Origin: a virus | IMG/VR virus record: IMGVR_UViG_3300046002_007411 | Location: 1 to 64,000 of that record | Strand: one strand, 5' to 3' | Length of the DNA stretch: 64,000 nucleotides | Part shown: positions 58,816 through 64,000 of the stretch, one piece after another | Position numbering within the stretch: position 1 is the stretch's first letter | How the letters are laid out: each line of letters opens with the position of its first letter | The notes under the pieces: generated by a model | The model's database searches: none | The model's input: the letters and a program-made list of their open reading frames with translations, nothing else | Told to the model about the DNA's origin: nothing | Position numbers and translations under genes: made by a program

Positions 58816-59915
58816 TTTGAACTCTTGGCTAAAGTTTCTTGGGCTGATCGAACAGCTTGAGCAGCACTGCGATAAATGCCTGCTTGTGTTATATGATGAA
58901 CACGATCAGCAGGTTTTAACTTATTGATTTTGCTGAACTTTTCATGGTAATCTGCAAGCTTTTCATATTGTAGGGCTTTATCGCCTTGCTGCTCAGCTTG
59001 CTGTGCAGCTACTAAATCTTCAGTGTGGGCGCCAGCTGGTCCTTGGGGAGAAACCCCTTCTTTTACCTGTTTAGCAGCATAATAGTCATTAAACCAGTCA
59101 GCGTCTTTACTGCCAGCTGGGGGTTTGACCCAAACCTTATCAACTGGATTCCAATACACCCATCCTGAAGGTGCTTGTGGAGTAACAGGAACTTTCCAAA
59201 CTTTTGTTGGTTGACCTTTAATATCCACTACTAAATCGGGCTTCTGAGGATCAAAAGGTTTTTGGTCTTGTTGTGCAGCAGGTGCTGCTGCTGGAACAGC
59301 TGGCGATGTAGATGTTGCAGACGTAGTATTGGAAGATGCAGATGCAGGACTAGCTGCAGGGCTGCCAGCTGCGGCAGCAGGAGCATTAGCTGTGGTGCTT
59401 GCAGCAGGTTCTTTTTGTGAACCGTCGCCTAGCCCTTGCTTGGCTTGTGCTTGCACTATACCTTGTTTCAAAAGCCCTTTTACAATCGCTTGGCTTGTAA
59501 GTGCATCGTCATTTATATTGACGTTGTTTTTGATATTAGGTATGTTAAACTGCTTTTGAACTTTGGCAAAAACTTTATCAACATCTGCATCATCCAAGCC
59601 AATACGATTACTTGGTGCTTTGAAAAAATGACGCATGTTACCAAAACTTAATTCAGTCCAGTCTATGTTTTGACGCCCCATTAGTAATCCCAACCATTTG
59701 AAGTTTTGATTAACATAATGTTCAAGTTCGCGTCGTCCAGCACGTTGTCCAGCCCGTTTTTCTCGGCCAGCCCAACCAGTTTTCTTTTTTGACCAATAAG
59801 TTTGGGCTTTTTTTACCAAATCACCCAGGGCTTCATTTGTGTCTTGATGTTGTATTTCATCAATAAAATTTATATTTTTGCGAATGTCTTCATAAACAGC
59901 AAGTGATTGGGTCAT
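58812..59915 (-). CDS. hypothetical protein with Ala/Ser/Pro linker
   Basis: Long ORF, operon context. Confidence 0.6.
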   Translation of the reverse strand: MTQSLAVYEDIRKNINFIDEIQHQDTNEALGDLVKKAQTYWSKKKTGWAGREKRAGQRAGRRELEHYVNQNFKWLGLLMGRQNIDWTELSFGNMRHFFKAPSNRIGLDDADVDKVFAKVQKQFNIPNIKNNVNINDDALTSQAIVKGLLKQGIVQAQAKQGLGDGSQKEPAASTTANAPAAAAGSPAASPASASSNTTSATSTSPAVPAAAPAAQQDQKPFDPQKPDLVVDIKGQPTKVWKVPVTPQAPSGWVYWNPVDKVWVKPPAGSKDADWFNDYYAAKQVKEGVSPQGPAGAHTEDLVAAQQAEQQGDKALQYEKLADYHEKFSKINKLKPADRVHHITQAGIYRSAAQAVRSAQETLAKSSK

Positions 59916-59919
59916 GGAT

Positions 59920-60168
59920 TTACTTCTCTTGATTCTTATATTCGCTAATTTTGCGGGTGAACTTTTTGTCATCATTTGTCAACAACGCACGCTGAAGACG
60001 GCGAATCAAGTCATCTGCTTGATCTTGACTGTAAGTTATACGGATTTGTTCACAAAGATTTGCCATGTTGGCAACTAGATGAATAACACGGTTTTCTATA
60101 ACACTGTGTTTGTTGCGGCTGCCAATGTGCCGGTCAAGTTCTTCAAGAATGCTAGATTTAGACTTCAA
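59920..60168 (-). CDS. conserved phage hypothetical protein
   Basis: SILEEL, IENR..H.V, RRL..A....D..KF.R; TTG start after a late promoter. Confidence 0.65.
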   Translation of the reverse strand: MKSKSSILEELDRHIGSRNKHSVIENRVIHLVANMANLCEQIRITYSQDQADDLIRRLQRALLTNDDKKFTRKISEYKNQEK

Positions 60169-60225
60169 AATAGTTTCCCATAAGCAAAAACATTTGCTTT
60201 ATTTATGGGAAACTGATGTAAAAAA

Positions 60226-61623
60226 TTAACGTCGTATCAAGCTTGTTAGCTTGCTGAGATCCTGCATTTTGCTTGCAGCAACTGGTGGTTGAGTATCTGA
60301 TTTGGGCGGAGGTTGTGTGCTTTTTCTACGAAGATCAGCCAGCACATCTGTAACCACTCCTGCCTGTGCCTGTTGCACTTGACCTTGATCTTCAAGATCA
60401 AATATTTTCAGTGTTGCTGGATCATAGCCCAAAAACAACTTGCTGCCCACGCCACTGCTGCTACGTGTTTTAATAAACTGGATTTGGTATTGTCCACGTT
60501 CTTTCATAGCTTGTGTGGCATAGATTGTGATAACATTGTCTGCTGTGTGGATTTTGCTGATACCACCAGCAATCATGCTTTGATCATGTTCCTGCTCGTT
60601 GATTGAACCGCGATTTAGCTGACTGGCTGTCATGCAAAGTATTTTACGCTCCACAGCCAAGCCGCGAAGCTCTTCGGCAACAAACTTGTCCTTGATAAAC
60701 AAGTCACTGGGATTGATCTTTTTGTTGTTGGGATACAACAAATCCAAATAGTCCACAATCAAGGCGTCTGCTCGCTGCCCGGTTTTAATCTCATATGCCT
60801 TGAGATAGGCTTTGATGTCGTTGGTTGTGCTGCCTTGTGGCATTTGCTTGATGTGAAAAGTTCCTGATGAACGACTGGTTTGCTTGACTTTGATTTCCAC
60901 GTCATCAAGTTTACGGAAAATATCAGTAGTTGCTACGCCAGTCAACATGCTGTCCACTCGCATGCTGGTTAGTTCTTCACTGAGCTCGAGACTGATATAA
61001 ATCACGTTGAGTTTTTGTTTAACAAAACTCAAACTGAGATTTTGCAAAAACAAACTTTTGCCCACACCGCTGGGTGCAGCCCAAATAGTGATTTCACCAC
61101 GATTTACACCACCATATAGTTTCTGATCAACAGTTTTCCAGCCTGTGCTTACTTGTCCGTTGTTGCTTTTGATACGATTAAGACGTTCGCGTGGATCGGC
61201 AAAGTAATCTGTGCCTACATCACTTACCAAACTAATGAGAATGGCATCGCGAACTCGTTTCTCTACTTCACCATAGTTGCCCTTTTCAATAAGATCCACT
61301 GCCGATAACACAGCTTCAGCCAATGCACGATTTTTACAAAACTCTTCAATTTCCTGCAAAAAGGCTTCAATATGATGTGTGTTGATATCAGGAATCAACT
61401 CAAAGTTACTTTGAGTCTCAACATTGAGTTGTTGTATTTTTGGTAATGCTTTATGATCATCAACATAGTCCAAAATATACTTGATGGCTTTGCGAAACTT
61501 TTGATTCCAATACTGTGGTTTGAGAATATTCTGACAGCGAATAAAAACTTCCTCACTGCTCATTAATATATCAATCAACAGCTTTTGCTTGGCCTCGCTG
61601 TATTCGTGTTTTTTAGAATCCAT
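60226..61623 (-). CDS. DnaB-like replicative helicase (T4 gp41-like)
   Basis: APSGVGKS, ISLE, IVDYLDL, TASQLNR, K.R. Confidence 0.95.
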   Translation of the reverse strand: MDSKKHEYSEAKQKLLIDILMSSEEVFIRCQNILKPQYWNQKFRKAIKYILDYVDDHKALPKIQQLNVETQSNFELIPDINTHHIEAFLQEIEEFCKNRALAEAVLSAVDLIEKGNYGEVEKRVRDAILISLVSDVGTDYFADPRERLNRIKSNNGQVSTGWKTVDQKLYGGVNRGEITIWAAPSGVGKSLFLQNLSLSFVKQKLNVIYISLELSEELTSMRVDSMLTGVATTDIFRKLDDVEIKVKQTSRSSGTFHIKQMPQGSTTNDIKAYLKAYEIKTGQRADALIVDYLDLLYPNNKKINPSDLFIKDKFVAEELRGLAVERKILCMTASQLNRGSINEQEHDQSMIAGGISKIHTADNVITIYATQAMKERGQYQIQFIKTRSSSGVGSKLFLGYDPATLKIFDLEDQGQVQQAQAGVVTDVLADLRRKSTQPPPKSDTQPPVAASKMQDLSKLTSLIRR

Positions 61624-62650
61624 TGTTTTTACCCATGGCCTGTCGTAATACGCCTATTTTCAAATCACTTGTAGTGCGAGACTGAATTATGCTTCTTATT
61701 GTAAACAACTCACCATAACGCTGAGCTGCATCTGCTGCATCTTTGCATGATTTTTCCCATTGTGGGAAACTCACAGCCCAATCCAACTGTAATGCTTGAT
61801 CAATTAAGTCTTGATTCTGTTGTTCTTGATCAGGCATTATGATTATTTGTTTGCCAGATTTTTGCAGCTGAGATATTTGCCCTTGACTTAACACATGGCT
61901 CATGACAGCTACACAATCAATACTTATGGCAGTCAAAAGTCCCTCAACTACAATCACAAAGTGTCTGCTATTATACAGCACATGACTGTTGAACAAATAG
62001 TCTGTGGGCAACTTGCTGTTGACATATCTAGGCTGCCCAGCAGGTGGGGTTCCTGCCCATCGCGCACTGTAACCCACTGTGGCTTGTTTGTGATCTTTCA
62101 TGGGAACGAGAACTCTGTGTTTCATTTTCCATCGTCCCCCGTGAGGTGACCAAAAGTATTCACTGTTTCTCATGATACTAGAGCCACGCTGATTGATATA
62201 GTGCCAAGCTTGTAGAAAATCAGGATCTTGATTGTTTTCCTCGACAAGTTTACTCATTAACTGGCTGTTCAAGGGCCAAGCATCAGGTTCAAACTTCACG
62301 TCTAACGTAATGGCCGGAAGAGAATCTGTGCTGGAGCTGCCTTCAAGGCTTTTTTGCAGCTCGTGCATTTTTAAACTGTCAATAATTTCTTGTGGAACAG
62401 ACATCCACGACAGCAGCATGCGAAAACTGTCAGTTAGGCCATCACCTGTATATCTACAACGATATCCACAGTTATAACAACTGTAGGAAACGTGTGATTG
62501 TCCATCAATCAACCAGTTGCCACGACCACGAGTGTCAGGCCTGTGTCCGCGATGGCTGCAACATACTGCATTTGCACTTTTCCAGCCTTTACTAGCGGTT
62601 CTAGCTCGCGCAGGAATCCATTGACCAACTACATCTGCTACAGATACCAT
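61613..62650 (-). CDS. DNA primase (T4 gp61-like)
   Basis: Zn finger C..H...D.R.RG...CYNC; GYSAR, VVEG TOPRIM, KDAADA; adjacent to the helicase. Confidence 0.85.
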   Translation of the reverse strand: MVSVADVVGQWIPARARTASKGWKSANAVCCSHRGHRPDTRGRGNWLIDGQSHVSYSCYNCGYRCRYTGDGLTDSFRMLLSWMSVPQEIIDSLKMHELQKSLEGSSSTDSLPAITLDVKFEPDAWPLNSQLMSKLVEENNQDPDFLQAWHYINQRGSSIMRNSEYFWSPHGGRWKMKHRVLVPMKDHKQATVGYSARWAGTPPAGQPRYVNSKLPTDYLFNSHVLYNSRHFVIVVEGLLTAISIDCVAVMSHVLSQGQISQLQKSGKQIIIMPDQEQQNQDLIDQALQLDWAVSFPQWEKSCKDAADAAQRYGELFTIRSIIQSRTTSDLKIGVLRQAMGKNNGF

Positions 62651-62658
62651 TACATGGT

Positions 62659-63471
62659 TTAGCTTTTGTAGAGTATTTTGTCAAACGTTCCTGTGTTGCC
62701 AAGAGCACTTTGATAAACAAAACGCACCCAGTAGAGATTTTGTGTGGTGCTGCCCTGCCATATTGTGGGCTGATCGTCGCCAGTCCATTGTTTGTAGTTG
62801 GTGTCAGCTGTTAGAGGAATGAAAAACCATTCGTTATCTGTGGGCACATTTTCTGTCAAACTGCCTTGCATCCAAAGCTTGCCCAACCAGTTGGTTGTGT
62901 AAACCACCCATGTATGAGTCCCCGAAGTCTCACCTGTTTGTGCATTGCCAGGTAAACTGGAACTCACGTATAAAATATCAGTCCACCAGTTGAGCGGTGT
63001 GGGTGTGAAGTTAGTGATTACTGTGGCTGGAACAAGTTCACGTTGAGTGCCAGCTAAAATTTCCACTGCCACATCAATGTCTTGATATTGATCACTGTAA
63101 AGAAAACGTTGCACATTGCTGTCATCAGTGCTGGTAAGCTGAATATTGTAAAATCCCAAAGGCAAAAACTGAATATCAGTTTCTTGTATGTCAACTACAG
63201 CTTGGCCTTGAGCAGCATTGGTAGTTGTGACACTTTTAACCAAAACTGTCTGTTGTGTTTCCACATTAATCATTTGAGCAGTTAGAGTGAGACCGGTAAT
63301 GTCCACAGGTCTCCGATCAACATTACGCACCAGCATTTGCAGGGTGTTAGTAACGCCTTTGTATATTTTTTGCTTATATTGAATCATGGGCCATGTCTGC
63401 AGGAAAGTTCCAGGTGCATCATACATCCAATATAGCTGTTGTTGATAAGAATAAAGGGTAATAGTGGACAT
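62659..63471 (-). CDS. putative structural (baseplate-like) protein
   Basis: IYKGV.N, N.DRRPVDITG; beta-rich; late promoter. Confidence 0.55.
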   Translation of the reverse strand: MSTITLYSYQQQLYWMYDAPGTFLQTWPMIQYKQKIYKGVTNTLQMLVRNVDRRPVDITGLTLTAQMINVETQQTVLVKSVTTTNAAQGQAVVDIQETDIQFLPLGFYNIQLTSTDDSNVQRFLYSDQYQDIDVAVEILAGTQRELVPATVITNFTPTPLNWWTDILYVSSSLPGNAQTGETSGTHTWVVYTTNWLGKLWMQGSLTENVPTDNEWFFIPLTADTNYKQWTGDDQPTIWQGSTTQNLYWVRFVYQSALGNTGTFDKILYKS

Positions 63472-63534
63472 ATCATGAATAAAATAGTGATTAATCTAAT
63501 AAGTATTTAGCTGAACTGTTACAAGGAAACTGCT

Positions 63535-63909
63535 ATGACACCACAGGAACTAACCGACTTGCAACAAAGATATCCCTTTCTCAGTGTAGTGCAATATCTC
63601 AACAACGAGTATCTAGGAATCATTCAACAAGCTGATCAACAGTTTATCAACATTTATGCTTGGGATGACAACTGGACTGATGTTCGCAAGAAAAGGTTTC
63701 TAGTTTGTGGTGAAACTTGGTGGTGGGAAAGCAACAGAAATATCCCCATAAATTTGTTTATGGGGCAAGACTTTCAAGAGTTTAGAACCGTATTAAAAAC
63801 TTTTGCAAGCAAAGAAAGTCGTGTAGTTCAAGGTCCCACAGTAAATCTACGTGAAATGTTAAACAAACGAGTAAAACGACGCACCATTACTTTGGTGCGC
63901 GAAGTTTAA
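63535..63909 (+). CDS. conserved phage hypothetical protein
   Basis: YPFLS, EYLGII, WWWESNR.IPINLF, GP; AAGGA SD. Confidence 0.75.
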   Translation: MTPQELTDLQQRYPFLSVVQYLNNEYLGIIQQADQQFINIYAWDDNWTDVRKKRFLVCGETWWWESNRNIPINLFMGQDFQEFRTVLKTFASKESRVVQGPTVNLREMLNKRVKRRTITLVREV

Positions 63910-64000
63910 TCGCCTAGAGTACTAACTTTCACTCTCACTTTTACAGTTTTACCATCAGCACTGACTTTTGGTTCAAACTTAACACGCTGTTCTCTTAGAT

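Noticed and set aside
1-64000. Genome-wide TGA reassignment
   Set aside because: Many intact genes end at TGA (e.g. 13293, 37553, 50686) and conserved genes are uninterrupted, so the UGA in the release factor is local.

Overview
This window is part of a large tailed dsDNA (T4-like/jumbo) bacteriophage genome. The DnaK, YccA and Smr sequences, ROSE elements and GCTA-type -10 boxes point to an alphaproteobacterial host (inference). Layout: 1-11.9 kb is an AT-rich glycan-synthesis cluster (nucleotidyltransferase, cupin, form IV RuBisCO-like protein, GDPD-like protein, duplicated GT10 modules, GT25, GT2). 12-33 kb holds host-takeover, proteostasis and translation genes (two T7 Gp0.7-like kinases, dnaK, hsp20, clpS, clpX, rpsU, infC, Smr, a release factor, a TROVE-like DUF2828 protein, a deaminase, tilS). 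33-48 kb has topoisomerase II, a homing-type endonuclease, agmatinase, an M15 peptidase, a tail fibre and nrdAB. 48-64 kb has tailspike and head-type proteins, helicase and primase. The standout is 27.5-30.0 kb on the minus strand: an array of four small structured RNAs sharing a covarying terminal stem and an invariant CAGCAA. One of them carries a circularly permuted tRNA-Ala-like module (YrlA/Y-RNA-like). The array is followed by a Ro60/TROVE-like DUF2828-VWA gene and a domain-1-less RF1-type release factor interrupted by an in-frame UGA at a conserved Trp position. Also visible: ROSE-type thermometers on both hsp20 and dnaK, T4-style late promoters embedded in RBS-occluding hairpins, and many apparently leaderless genes. 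All calls come from motif recognition by eye; no database searches were run.
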